From the NCBI GenBank assembly GCA_964016885.1, contig OZ024740.1, forward strand, positions 367,412,001-367,476,000: a stretch of DNA of 64,000 nucleotides, given 5' to 3'. The DNA is from Eledone cirrhosa (lineage: Eukaryota). Of the stretch, positions 1 through 13,603 are shown one piece after another. How positions within the stretch are numbered: position 1 is the stretch's first letter; each line of letters begins with the position of its first letter. A model generated the notes under the pieces. That model did not search any database. It had not been told where the DNA came from and worked only from the letters and a program-made list of their open reading frames with translations. A program made the translations under genes and the position numbers.

Positions 1-376
1 TGAAATAATTTGTGTTTAAGTCAAAATAAAACAGAAAGTTAATTCAATTAAAAAATGAATGTTGTTTGCTATAGTGTATGTTGCTGATCTGTCTGATATT
101 AAAAGCCGATACTACTCTAGAAGTAAATAATTACATTTGAATTTCTTTTTAAACAGGTTAAAATATAAATAAATTTTATATCACAAGTTTTGAATAATAG
201 TGTGTTTCATTACAGACTTTCAACGGTAAGTTTGCCCAACAAAAGTGGTCATATATCAGGTATATTCCAAAGTATTTCGTTCTTAAAGCAGTAGCTTTTT
301 TTCGATTTTCTCCTCAGTCTTCACATGCTAGTTGATATACTTTCGCAAATCACATAACACTAACACACAAGTGCCC

Positions 377-539
<163 letters not shown>

Positions 540-1097
540 AAGTTGCTGGAACAAAATACATGAAAAGAGCAATCGACACATTCTGTAGAATGTGAGAATA
601 TTTATATTATTTTCAACTATGGAACCATAACCATTACCATTAATGGTAAGTCACACTATTTATATATATTAAGAATTATTAGATAGAAGATTCAGAAGTT
701 TCAGCACAGGCACGAACGAATGAATTGATTCTGAAATGAGTTCAATAGTATAATAATTGAAATCTTGCTTGGTACCGAAATTATGAATTACAAATATTTA
801 CAAATTTCTATTTTTCTGTTTAAATAGTAAATAATATTGCATTTAAATTACTTTATTTTTCTTCGTCAGTTCGTTCTATCTCAGTTCGCTCCTATACCGT
901 GAACTTGGTGGGCAATGATAATGAGATAACGGATCAAATAGAATATTTTGTTTACCGTGAAAAAAACAAAATACACGTGAATAGGTGACTGCCAAAGTTG
1001 AACAGCAGACGAAAGCCCAAACAAACAGTCATACACACACGACAAGATTAAATGTAAAAATACCCCTACTATGATTATCACAAAACATGCACATTCA

Positions 1098-1172
<75 letters not shown>

Positions 1173-1185
1173 TTATATATATATA

Positions 1186-1356
1186 ACAAAGGAGGTATGG
1201 TAGGGAACCAGATGGACCATAACGCGCCAGAGTACTCAATACTTAGGGTAGTTGAGTGAGTAATAGGAAAATGTTCAAAACCCCGACGGCAGAACTCAAG
1301 CCGTTTCGACGGCTATTTCTGGACTCAAATTTCTGAGTCCAGTAATAGCCGTCGAA

Positions 1357-1357
<1 letters not shown>
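1186..1357 (-). mobile_element. Short terminal fragment of the 1981-5668 PLE family ending in a fold-back hairpin
   Basis: Similar to 5100-5230 (ccagatggacca...aagccgtttcgacggctatttctggact). Hairpin at 1305-1356; (TA)n on both sides. Confidence 0.8.
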
Positions 1358-1388
<31 letters not shown>

Positions 1389-2904
1389 CTGTGTGTGTGA
1401 GTGTGTATGCCTATGAATATATATTTACAGAAATAAATATTCGACCACGAGCTCCTGTTGTTTCTGCTCGTGACTTCTAACACTCGCACGTGCGTCTTCA
1501 AGACGCCATAGGGACTGATAGAAGAAGAAGAAAGGAAACATAAGAAGGAAAGTAATTCTCTTGGGTTTAATGTATGTAAAACTAGGTCATTCGAATCAGG
1601 TCGGTTTCATCTCAGATGTTGGCCATAGCAATGAAAAGTATCATAAATAGACAATAAAAGGGCGGCAATGGTACGGACAGGAGGGGAGAAAGGAAAGGTG
1701 AAGGTAGAGGCCCTGAAATAAGTTTTGGTTTTGGGGGTATCTATACTGGTGGATCTCCACAAATACACGCGTACAAACCGCAAAAACTTCAACATAAACA
1801 AAAGTACACAATACGTATGCATACACATTCGCATAACATTGAAGAATTGATTCATCTTAATCCAACACCTCAGGAAAGTTTCACCTTCAAAAGAATTGTT
1901 TTCGTTTTGTCTTGTTTTCGTTTGTTAACTTTTGTTTGTTAATTTTCCTGAGATTATATATATATATATATATATATATATAGGAAATGTATGACACCGA
2001 CGGCAGAGCTCAAGCCATTTCGACGGCTATTTCTGGACTAAATTAGAATTTTTAGCGTGGTAAATAAATAGCCGAACTTTTCAAGGGGTAATTCCTTATA
2101 TGGGAAGATTGTAGTTGTCAAAAGGATTGGTCAACATTTTTTGTAAACACAATTAAGTCTATTATGGCAGTGGGTGGGAGGTAGGGTGGTTGAACTTGCC
2201 TGTAGAATAATGAGGGAGTGGATGGAGCTGGTCAAGCGTTGAAAGTAAATTCTATACAGCAAATTCTAAGGATTGTGTATGAAACTAAGCTAGAGGAAGT
2301 AGGCGCAAAAGATTTCTGGAGAAAATAGAGAAGGGACGCTATAGAATAGGTAAATCAATTGACATTTAAAAGATAATAAATAAATAAATAAATAAATAAG
2401 AAAAAAAAAATAAATATATAAAATTGGATAGTAAGAAGTGATAAAAAAACTGTAGAATCTAAAACAGCTGCTATATTTAGTTGGTGTTGCGTTTTCAGCC
2501 AATGCTATCGAATAGGTTAATAAGTTGAGAATACGTTGAGATACTAAATAAATAAACATTTTTTGAAATTATAGAATTGGGTAGTAAAAAGTAATACAAT
2601 ATCTTTGGGGTCTAAAACAGCTGCTATAATTAGTTGGTATTGCGTTTTTGGCCAATGCTATCTTTAATTTACTGAGGTGGGAGTACTGAGACTAAAAGGC
2701 CCGATGGTCTGCCTCGGGGTAGGCGAAAGGGGAAAAAGGAAAAGGAAAAGGAAGAGGATAGGGAGTGGGAAGAAGTGAGAGGAAGAGACAAGGGGAAGAA
2801 GAAAATAGAAGGGAAAAGAAAAGAGGTACATCTACCTATGTTAGCTGGGGCTTCCCCTATCTTGTTCGGAAAGTGGGGAAAAGGGGAATATTGCAGCAAT
2901 TGTC

Positions 2905-4997
2905 TACCCACCCGGGTCATTAGGGGGTTTGAGGGCGAGGTAAGTCCTACGCAATCGGTGTTTACATGCAGTTACCAGTTCGTCTTTGTTGTTCAGTAGC
3001 TGGTCGTTCGTAAACAACATTTGTAATGTTTCCCCCGAGCATAAGTTACACGGACGGCGTCCTCCCGTGTAGGAGTTAGCCCTGGACAGTAAGCTCCAAG
3101 TAAGATTGTATGTTATGTTATTCTCTTGGAGGTCTCAGATGTGGCCCGAAAGTGCAGTAGTATATCGCCAGGCCGGTGTTGGTAGAGCCGGGTCTTAAAG
3201 TAACAAGCCGTTAATCCTATATGAGCTTTGTTGGAGGTGTTCGTCCTCACGTTGCATTGGTAGATCACGTTACGTTCTCGGCATCTGTTGTTGAGGGGGA
3301 ACGTAGATCTATCAGGGCAGTTACACCTCCTGGTCGGCTCTCCACTAATGTCTAGGTTGTTTCTTCCATAGGGCTTGAGTTTTTTGTTGTTTGAGGAGGC
3401 GATGTTTTGTGCGAGGTTGGGTGTGGTGCTGTAGGTGAGTTTGATAGTGTTTTTGTTGATTATGTTGTTGTAACGGTGTTGTGGTGGGAAGTGTTTTTCG
3501 ATAAGCCTAAAGAAGATTTTCCCGATAGGTGTTGCCACCTCGGCATTGTGGGGAGGGTTGAACCACGTCACGTGGCGTGAGCGGCGGCGTTGCCTGCTGG
3601 TTCCGCTAAGGGACGCTGGATAAAAGGATATTTCCTCCCGGAAGACGCTTCGCTTGAGGGCCCGGTTGTAATGAAGCGCATGTTCATCGAATATCTGCTC
3701 ATTAGCGGACAAACGAGATATGCGGAGGGAGATGTTTTTAAGCAGGTTATTGATGATGTTTCTAGGATGGTTAGAGCGGCGGTGGATGTAGTGCAGGTTG
3801 TCGTTTGGGTTCCTGTATGGGTAGTACAGATCATTTTCGAGGTTGAGGGAAACGTCCAGGAAATTTACACGGGTTAGGGACTTTTGTAGGGTGATTTTAA
3901 ATCCCCAGTCCCGGAAGAAGTTGATTAGTTGTTCACGGACGCGGTCTGTACTACGGGGGTTGTACCCTTTGAGGGTAAGGAGCCCATCGTCTCGGTACAA
4001 TCCACCGCCGAATTCAGAAAGCATTTCAGTGAGTTTATATAGTAGGATTAATCGTATAAGATCGGTCACCTCGGCCGATTCGGTCGCGCCCATACTGACG
4101 TCGAAGGGGGAGTCGGGAGCTCTATTTATCCACTTGGAGTTGGTTGTAGAAAAGTAGGACTGTCTTCCTGGAGTGGAGAATGATATTTCTGTCCTAGTCG
4201 ATGATGGGCGTGAGTGTTTTGGCAAAGTCCAAAGCGACCGTAAGGAGCGGTGAGGTAATAGATGCATAGTAACTCTCTATGTCAAACTGAATGAATTTGG
4301 TGTCCTGTTTGTCGTCAATATTCCTGAACCATGAGATTACTTCCTGGGTGCTGACTCATAGGCAAAGTCTCGCCTTTTCCTTAACTTTAGGTATAACGTA
4401 TGCTAGGATCTTTTTACTCATTCTCCCTATGTCCGACTTAGTCGGGTTTATAAGCCTGATGGATGGTTTGCGGTCGAAGTCGGAGTCAGTTCGGTCGGCG
4501 ACCCCGAGGCTGGAGGTAATTTGTTGTCCATCTAGATTTATGTTCTCGATAATTGAATGGTTAGCTTTTTTGTAGGTGGAGTTCAGGTTGCTCCTGATCA
4601 GTGTGTGGTATCTGTCAGGGTTGACGCAATAGAGGTTTCTAGTTTTGTCCGAATGCACCAGGATGTCGTTGGTGCTTTCATACTCCGTTATTTTGCTATG
4701 AAGTTGTTGTAGGAATCTGTTGTGTCTGGGTTTGAATTGTATAACCTTGACCAGGTGGAAAAAATCGTTTTCGAAAGATGAGAGCATAGGGTTCGGTGGG
4801 GGAGATTTGTAGGTATTGAATCCGAATCTCTCCTTGGTGTCGAAGTCCTGGTTGTCGCGGTATCTATCGTAGAAAAATGTTCTCCATCTTAGTCTTTTCG
4901 CCAACAGGTCGATTTTTTGAGTGAGCATCCGAAGGTAAATCTTTCTTGGTGGAACTGGGATGTTCTTGGTGGAGATGTCGATAGTGTGTTTTCGCAT
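2905..4997 (-). pseudogene. Disrupted PLE RT-GIY-YIG polyprotein
   Basis: Starts MRKHTIDISTKNIP (ATG 4997). RT motifs FIQFDIE, FDVSMGATESAEVTDL, GLYRDDGL and VNFLDV; linker TWFNPP and CNC...PLNNRC; endonuclease HIGLT..FKTRLYQH; C-terminal CNLC...LNNKDELVTACKHR. A TGA replaces a conserved Trp at 4356-4358, with frameshifts near 4267 and 3150. Confidence 0.9.
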
Positions 4998-5181
4998 GGT
5001 GGGTGTAATGAAACTTGAGCTGGGTGGAAAAGTCAGGATATGGCGTGGTAGAGTCGGAAAGTGCTCTACTACGGAGGTAGGAGCTAGATAACGAAGGCGT
5101 TGTGGTAAAGAACCAGATGGACCAAATCGCACCAGAGTAGTCAATACTTAGGGTAAGACAGTGGATAATAGGAAAATGTAT

Positions 5182-5278
5182 GACACCGACAGCAGAGCTC
5201 AAGCCGTTTCGACGGTTATTTCTGGACTAAAGTAGAGTTTTTAGCGGGGTAAATAAATAGCCGAACTTTTCAAGGGGT
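5182..5278 (-). ncRNA. Type-I hammerhead-like motif with TTGAAAA core (second copy ~1993-2089)
   Basis: Minus strand: acccc TTGAAAA gttcggctattt...aaataaccgtc GAAA cggc-ttgagctct-gctg TC ggtgt. Confidence 0.65.
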
Positions 5279-5680
5279 AATTCCTTATCTGGGAAGATTG
5301 TAGTTGTCAAGTGGATTGGTCAACATTTCTTGTAAACACAATTTAGTCTATCATGGCAGTGGGTGGTAGGTGGGGTGGCTGAACTTGCCTGTAGAACAAT
5401 GAGGGAGTGGGTGAAGCCGGTCAAGCGTTGAAAGTGAATTCTATACAGGAAATTCTAAGGATTGTGTATGAAACTAGGCTAGAGGAAGTAGGCGCAAAAG
5501 GATTCTGCATAAAATAGAGAAGGGGTGTTATAGAATAGGTAAATCAATTGAGATGAGAAGATAATAAATAAATTAATAAATAAATAAATAAGAAAAAAAT
5601 AAAATAAAAATATAAAATTGGATAGTAAGAAGTGATAAAAAAACTGGACAATCTAAAACAGCTGCTATATATATATACAT

Positions 5681-5950
5681 AAAGTCTAAAGTCTAAAGTC
5701 TGTCTTAAGCCAGAAGGCTCATTTGGCCGGTGCTTAAACCAGTTTCATGGCGTGAAGCAACTGAGAGTACAAGACTTTCTCCTGGACAGGGCGGCAGTCC
5801 ATCGCAGGGTTAAACACCAGCTATTGCTGGTACTCATTTCCAGATGAGTATACTGGAGCAACGTAAAATGAAGTGTTTTGCTCAAGAACACAACACGCAA
5901 CCAAGGAATCGAACCAACATCTTGATAATGCAACACCCTTAACATTAGCC
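5681..5950 (-). mobile_element. tRNA-derived SINE with CORE-like central domain
   Basis: Minus strand B-box-like GGTTCGATTCC, then gtgttcttgagcaaaacactt (CORE-like). Short tandem 3' tail, (aaagtct)n on the plus strand at ~5681-5700. Confidence 0.65.
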
Positions 5951-5959
5951 AGCCCCGGA

Positions 5960-8900
5960 TTTATATATATAAATATAAAAATATTTTAGACAGAATAATG
6001 CCACAAATTAAGAATTTATCTTATTTAAAATTATGGAAAGGAACTAGTGAAGTTATCGATTGGTTTAAGGAAATTAAATATAACTATAATAATAAGTTTA
6101 TTCAGTTGGATATTGCTAACTATTACGCATCTATCACTCCTAATCTACTGAATAGAGCACTAATTTACGTATTTAAACATACAGACCTAACTAGCAATGA
6201 AATACACATTATATTATCGGCATGGAAAACATTAATAGAATTTCATAACCAACTCTGGACTAGGGCAGATAGAAATAATAACTTCGATATAACTATGGGA
6301 TCATCCGATTCCGCTCAGGTAACGGATCATGTGGGCATCTTTATAAATAATTCTCTACATAGGAAAATACCTGAGATAATCGGAGGTTTATATCGTGACG
6401 ACATGCTTTTACTTATAGAAAATAATAACTGTGAACTAAATAGAAAAAGAAAACAAATTATACAATTTTTTAATTACCTTAATCTAAAAGTAGAAATAGA
6501 GAATAACCATAAAATAGTTAACTTTCTAGATGTAACACTAAACCTTAACACATGTCTTCAGTATCCATTTCGCAAATTAAATGAGAACTTAAACTACGTC
6601 AATTTTAACTCTGATCACCCCAGATCCGTTAAAAATACTATAGTGAACTCTGTACAGGAAGGAATTTCGAGAATTTCAGCTAATAAGAATATATTTGGTG
6701 AAAAAGCACATTATTACAACGAAGCGTTAGGTAGAGCTGGGTGTAGAAATAAAATTAAATACATTGATAATAATAATATAACAACTAACCATAATCGTAA
6801 CAATTTTAACTATTTTAATAATTTTAACAACTATAATAGAAAACCTTACAATAATTCCGAAAACAAAAAAAGAAATAGAACTAGGAACATATTATGGTTC
6901 GCTCCTGCTTTCTACTTAAATATTAAAACCCCTATAGCTAAACTATTTTTTAAAGCTCTTGACAAATGCTTCCCTAGAACACATAGATATTATTCAATCT
7001 TCAATAGACATACTATAAATTTAACTTATTCTTCCACCAACACCTTAGCGCAAAATATTAATAGAATTAATAATAGAAATTTAAAACCTAACCAAAATAC
7101 CACTAATAACCCAAGCAATATCCAATTTGATAAATGTAACTGTAGAAATAAATCTAACTGTCCGTTAAATGACAACTGCTTAGCTAAAAATATAGTATAT
7201 AATTGTAATGTAAAAACTAATTTAAATTCATTTAATTATGTGGGATCCACTTCCACAGAGTTTAAATCCCGCTTCAATAATCATAAAAATTATTTTACAT
7301 ATCCAAACAAAAAATCTTCAACTTCTCTATCTAGCTTATTATGGGACCTCAAACTAAAGAACGTTGAATATTCGTTGATTTGGAATGTTATTTCAAAGCT
7401 ACTCCTTTTAACTCCTCTTCAGAAAATTGTGATCTTTGTATAGAGGTAAATATTCTTTATATTAAAGACCAAAAATTCACTGAACTTAAGGAACAATTTA
7501 TTCAGTTGCTGTAGACATAGATTGAACTCAACGTTTAAATACAAATTTAAAATGTAATATATAATTAATTAATTAATACTATTAATATATTAATATATTG
7601 AACCTATCGATAAATCATTAGATTCCTTCATTTGTTTTTACTGCTTATACACTCAAGTAAAAAAAACTTTTCTTCCTAAATATAAATAAATATAATAAAC
7701 TCTTCTAGAGAAATATACTGAAAGGGGAAAATATTTTTTGATAGTTTCTCCTATCTTCGAAAGTTTATCTTTTGATAGTTTCTTTTTCTTTTTTCCTTTT
7801 CTTTCTCGTATGGATATAAAATTTAGTTAAATATACGTAGAACATTTTTATACTAAATTTATTAAACATATTATTATTTTGAAATTATAACTTGAAATAT
7901 TCTATAATATTTTAAAAGTTATATTGTTTTAAAGTTATATTGCTTATAATTATATTTCCAAATCGTAATATAATTATTTTGTATTTTGTGTACTTCAATT
8001 ATACTTCTCTCTCTCTATGTGTATATATATATATGTGTGTGTAATGATATACATGTACATATGTTTTATGCGGGTATGTCTATCTGTATGTATATATATA
8101 TGTGATGCATATCTACCTATTTGTGTGGGTACATATATGTATGTATATGTGGGAATTGTGTATGTATATATATGTGTATATGCATACAATTCGATTGCAC
8201 TTATTTCTAAACATATAATAACAGTCATAACTACATAACAGGTAATCTTATAGAACTTATATAAAAAAAATTTGTTTAATAACATAAAGTGTGTATAACA
8301 TACAATTTCCTTTAATATCTTAACAATTGTAACATTTATATAACTAAATAACGTAATTTTCCTTCACGCTGCTTTGATATTACATTGATTAGATTCCTAT
8401 ATCTTAAATTAAAAAATCCTTTATATTCTGTATGTATATATTATATACGTAGTTAGATACGTATATTATATTTTTATATACGTGTGTATATATATTTATA
8501 TGTATGTATTTTTGCGTGTGTATGTGTATTATATAATATATAGATTTTTAATAATATAGTCTTAATAATAATATAGATTTCTTAATATATAGATCTCAAT
8601 TTTTAATGTATTTATCTCAATATTTTAACTGATTAACTAAACATTTAATCATATTTAAACAATGGTTAAATTTCTCATATTATACATGTATCTTCCATTC
8701 ATGATTATTAACATTTCTAATTTTATTTATTCATTTCATCTCAAATGTTAAGATATGACGTAGATATGACGTAGAGTTTTCGCTCTCTCTCCTTTCTCTT
8801 TCTCTCCTCTCTCTCTCTTTTTTCTCTCTGTTGTTCTGCTCTCTCTCTCTCTTTCTCTTTCTCCGTAACCCAACGGCTTATTTAAAAATATCCAATACTA

Positions 8901-9200
8901 ACTTACCTAATAGTATAATTAAAGATATAACTCCACTACCCGGGAGCTTCCAATAGTAATGGTTGCATTCTTTAAGGGTATGTCAATATTTATTTATAAA
9001 ACTGCTCTATATTATATTTTATCTGATGAAAGCACACCATAATTTAACTTGGTGTCCTTAAAATATGTATAATGAAATAAATATGGTTTTATAAATATAG
9101 TTTCCATTTGTTAATATCGTATTTTTACTCCATTTATTTGTTGAGTGCTTTATATCAGTTATACAAATATTTGCTTGTTGTATCCCAACAATTTAAATAG
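5960..9200 (+). mobile_element. PLE copy including long 3' UTR and decayed HHR near 9020-9070
   Basis: Begins right after a (TA) run. CTGATGA at 9023-9029, stem aagcacacca/tggtgtcctt, then AAAA instead of GAAA. Ends at (CA)(TA)n ~9210. Confidence 0.75.
5998..7550 (+). pseudogene. 5'-truncated PLE RT-GIY-YIG ORF (Naiad-like), very AT-rich
   Basis: 481-aa ORF with FIQLDI, FDITMGSSDSAQV, GLYRDDML, NFLDV, WFAP, CNCRNKSNCPLNDNC and YVGSTSTEFKSRFNNH. Frameshift near 7400, after which CDLC...CCRHR continues in another frame. Confidence 0.92.
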
Positions 9201-9207
9201 AACTTTT

Positions 9208-9260
<53 letters not shown>

Positions 9261-9267
<7 letters not shown>

Positions 9268-9896
9268 AAGGTTTAGTAAATAATGAAAAAGTTTCAAAAT
9301 AAATTTAAAAAAATTGACTTTACCTACTATAGTTACCTTTACCGATCGGTTTCGAATCCCAAAAATAAAACGGAGACCATACGGCCTTCGTTGCAAAGAG
9401 AGATTCTCGTCAGAAGGTTCTTTTCATTCAAAGAATATAAAATTCCTGAATTTAAATCACAAACTAGCGCTATCAAAGACTGTTCCTGGGATGAGAGTGG
9501 ATGATGTAGAACAGGTTTATCAAGGGCCGTAGTAAAGATAGAGGCAAAAGGAGGTAGGTCAAACTAGCCACCGCTGTTGTCAGCAGCAGTCGGAATGACC
9601 CGGTTTGTTCTCAACGTTTGTGGAGGTAGTAGTAATATGAAATACGTCCCTTCACGCACAAGGCGCCAAGGTACGCATGTATTGTCCAACCAAGTGCCAG
9701 TGTGGTTCAATGGCGGGTTAATAAATTAACGAGCCAGAACAAATATAAACAAGGTTTAGTAAATAATGAAAAAGTTTCAAAATAAATTTTAAAAAATTGT
9801 CTTTACCTACTAGAGTTACCTTTACCGATCGGTTTCGAATCCCAAAAATAAAACGGAGACCATACGGCCTTCGTTGCAAAGAGAGATTCTCGTCAA
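9261..9896 (-). mobile_element. Non-coding HHR mini-element; ~150-bp direct repeats with 483-nt period
   Basis: 9261-9412 recurs at 9744-9895. Both copies carry the HHR GAAA/stem III/GUA part. No ORF in the spacer; (TA)n at the 3' end. Confidence 0.75.
9335..9418 (-). ncRNA. Canonical minimal type-I hammerhead ribozyme
   Basis: Minus strand: acctt CTGACGA gaatctc...gggattc GAAA ccgatcgg TA aaggt. 5-bp stem I, 7-bp stem II base, palindromic stem III (ACCGATCGGT), GUA cleavage triplet. Confidence 0.88.
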
Positions 9897-10072
9897 TATA
9901 ACAACACTCACAGTTGCACATCTGCGCCTACACACACGTATATTTACGTATGGGTAATCACGCGTATATTCGCATACAACGTATAGACACATGCATATAT
10001 GTATATACATTTCTATACAAATACTCTTTCTCTCTCTCTCTTTCACACACACACGCACTCTCTCTCTCACAG

Positions 10073-10103
<31 letters not shown>

Positions 10104-10791
10104 CCTATACCAACGACATACACATATAAATGTATATACCCATCCATCACCATATTTACACATGCATGACCATATTTACACATCCATCACCACATTTACA
10201 CATGCATGACGGTGTAGAAGCGTCAATGAAAACGGTGGAGACGGTGAAAATCTTCTTTACTAATAGCAACTAGCAACAACAGGGGCCACAATAGACCCAT
10301 CTATACTACGACTGTCTAAGTCGATATTGCCACTGCTGGTTTTCAAATTAGTGAATGTACCCGTAATAACATGGCCGTACCCTATATATACACACATAGC
10401 CACGCATACAACACAGGTAAGTAGACGTAAAAAAAGTACACATGTGCACGCATAACGGCCTAAAACATTATTTGGTTGTGACCAAGTGTGTGTTATATTT
10501 TTGATTAGATTGGTTGGTCAATTTGTTTATTATTGTGTGGCAGATATGTGTCTCAGTAAACTGAGATCTATGGTTCCCATAGCCAGTAGTGGATGAATGA
10601 TAACAAAAGTCACTACTTTGATAATATTATTGATGAATAACTTGCTTTGAGTTTATCGAGGTATTATTAAAAAAACAGCAAATGGTCAGAGTAAAATTGT
10701 GTATTATGTTTGTGTGATAGATTAGGGTGGTTGTTAGTAGTATTATTCGCAAAATTTGTATGTAACTATCTTTTGTTGATATCGCTGGACG

Positions 10792-10866
10792 GAAATCGGA
10801 ATTATGTCAATAGACTCACACTAACCCGCAGGGTTAGTGTGAGTCTATTGACATAATTCCGATTTC
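10792..10866. repeat. Perfect 36-bp inverted repeat with 3-nt loop
   Basis: gaaatcggaattatgtcaatagactcacactaaccc-gca-gggttagtgtgagtctattgacataattccgatttc. Confidence 0.95.
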
Positions 10867-12244
10867 TTTAGTGAACATAACCAAACTGCTTGGGCAGCCG
10901 AGGGCAGACTATTTATGAGGATGCCGTTATACAATGACAGTACGTAGATGACCTCTAGGGAATTTGTGTCACGAGTTCCATACAAAGAAAGCAAAATTCG
11001 TTATGTACAAAATCAGAAAAATCGCTTATCTATGAAGCCAAAAGGTCACCATGAGTGGTCGCAATAATTTCCTTAGCAAACCGGGGAACAAAAGTTCAAG
11101 TCCCCCCGACTTAGATGCTCTAATCACGGACATATATAGATATATGTATAAATACTCACGAAAATGTTGACACCAAACATATAGGGACTCCTACACGCAT
11201 ACTCACTTTCACACAAGGTATATACATACCCTGACATATACATGCATATGCATACACAAATATACTCTCCTACACACATACACCCACAGACACACACCCA
11301 CACACACCAACACACTCATACGTAAAAGCCCTCGCTCATACAGATGTATATATGCGGCAATAATAATAACAATAAAGTTAACGAACTAAGCAAACGGTGA
11401 TAATAGTCTCTACTTTTGTCCAAAGGTCTACAACCCAAGGGCGGATTGCGGGGTGGGAGTTCAAGGGAAGATGGAGTAAGGAGGATCGAATAATTCCTGT
11501 TGGGCAAGTCGAGGTAATGGGAAGTCCATAGGTCAGTTAGTTGGAGCGTCCGGTGATTTATCCTTCAGATTCGTGTGTCGGTCTGAAGAAGACGCAGGAT
11601 TTCTGGATCTGGTGTCTGTATTTGTTCACAAATTTTGATAGTTTTGTTGTTGATGTTCAGACTAACGATCAGGAAGCCAAACAAGTTTAAATGGTGTTGT
11701 ATTATCTGCAAATCCATCGCCCTGCAAATAACTAAATAATAAAATGTCAACAAGAGATATTTTATAGCGTTCATTTTAGCCTTTTCCCTTACGGACACCA
11801 TATCTAAACACGCGCTCATATGGTACTTTTAGCTAAGACTATATTAGTCGATAATACAATATCTCTATATAAAACTCCAGACAAAACAAGGACAACAATA
11901 AACGGGTTCTAATTATCTCGAATATAAACCAAAACCTAACACATTGGGCATATGCTAACTTAATTATAAGTACTATGCTTCATCCGTTGAAATGTATTAA
12001 AACCAGGCTTCCACGATCTCCTACCAGTCTTATGATAACTTACGAACACTGATAAAGAGACCAATACACTACTAGTATGACAGTTCTGATTCGGAAGATA
12101 TAACCATGAACACTTTGATATGTTAATACACGTATGGGTTTAGGAATGTCATCGTCCCAAACTAAACATAAAGATCCAATAATGAAATACAAAAATCCTT
12201 CATATTTTCAATCTATCAACTTGAAAGAAAAGCAAATCACCACT

Positions 12245-12314
<70 letters not shown>

Positions 12315-12319
12315 ATAAA

Positions 12320-12775
12320 GAAAACGAAAAATCAGTGATGCATCTGGACTTAATTTATTGCGTGTTACAATTGTTTCTCCGGCAGGTAGCTCGAGACATG
12401 GTCCTTGTATGGATCTGGCTGATTCTACTTCTGCAGGTTCTTTCAGACACGAGTATTTCGTTTCGGGCAAATTTTATCGCTGGGGTGTTATCATAAAAAA
12501 ACACCCTCAAAAAACCCTACTTCCACTTTTGTCATGCCATTGGCTGTTTTTACTCCACGTCATAACAAGTTCTGGTCAGTATCTACTGCCACACGGGTCA
12601 TCAGCCATTTGCCGCCGACACATTTCGATGGAGTAATGCTGGGTTCAGCATCCCACACGTCTGTTCACACGTCAGAGTAAGCACCCACACATACTAATAT
12701 ACACACACATACACACACACATGCAGACACCGACGGATTCATGCATACCCACACGTACGGCTACATGCGCAGACA
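12320..12775 (-). mobile_element. Dispersed non-coding repeat (PLE 3' end) with HHR variant at 12361-12451
   Basis: Related copy in opposite orientation at ~46350-46825. Minus strand: cgtgt CTGAAAGA acctgca...tgccgga GAAA caattg TA acacg. Confidence 0.7.
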
Positions 12776-12783
12776 CACACACC

Positions 12784-12825
<42 letters not shown>

Positions 12826-12826
12826 C

Positions 12827-12914
<88 letters not shown>

Positions 12915-13603
12915 ATGTGTGTGCGTGTGTGTGCGTGTGTGCCTGCGTATGTACACACACACACTATAGTGTAAGAAAGAAAAAGAGAAAGTGGATTTAA
13001 GAGTGATAGATAGCTGGCTAGCTCGCTAGATAGATGGATAAAAATGTCAGCATTAAATAAATGTGAATGTCAACGTGTTCAAGCAGCCATAGCACATTAA
13101 TAGGATGAAGGGAAGCTTTTCTTATCTTTGATGTTATAATATTAGATTTAAGACCCCAAAGATGACAGAAATGTCCACACGCTTGACTTTTTCACAATTT
13201 TATTATTATATCTTGTTCAAAAACGTTTTTAAAATTTCACATAGAAATATTTTGTGCTGAATTTTATGATATGAGAAGAGAGAACTACTAAAATATTATC
13301 ATGTGAATGAAAAACAGGGAAAATGTTCATATCTTCAATGTTAAAGTATCAGAGATCACAGACTGTTAAAAAAGTTAATATTTTCACGTGTTCTCCTATA
13401 TTTCCCCTTCAAAAGATATTTTTATGAATTCTTTTTACAGATAGCTATTTTGTGTCATTTGATGTGTTTAAAGGGACAGCAAAGTTCTAAAATATCACGA
13501 CACATCTATTGGGTATTTCATTTAAAATATATTGGTTTGCGTTCTATCTTTTCTATCTTTTATCTTGTTCAAAATGACAAAAATTAATTAATTTACTGCT
13601 CAC

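Larger units (their letters stand above)
1981..5668 (-). mobile_element. Near-full-length but inactivated Penelope-like retroelement (Naiad-like) with direct pseudo-LTRs, bounded by (TA)n
   Basis: Direct repeats at ~1981-2475 and ~5170-5668 flank an RT + GIY-YIG reading frame. (TA)n lies on both outer sides. Each repeat holds an HHR-like motif. Confidence 0.92.

Noticed and set aside
216-225. Possible plus-strand microexons (216-225; 15853-15876) with good AG/GT signals
   Set aside because: Too short to distinguish from chance in AT-rich DNA, and no supporting frame.
4356-4358. In-frame TGA in a Naiad-like ORF as possible selenocysteine
   Set aside because: It aligns to a conserved Trp (LW in the two sister elements), not Cys. 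The ORF has other lesions, and the visible Cys motifs use ordinary codons.
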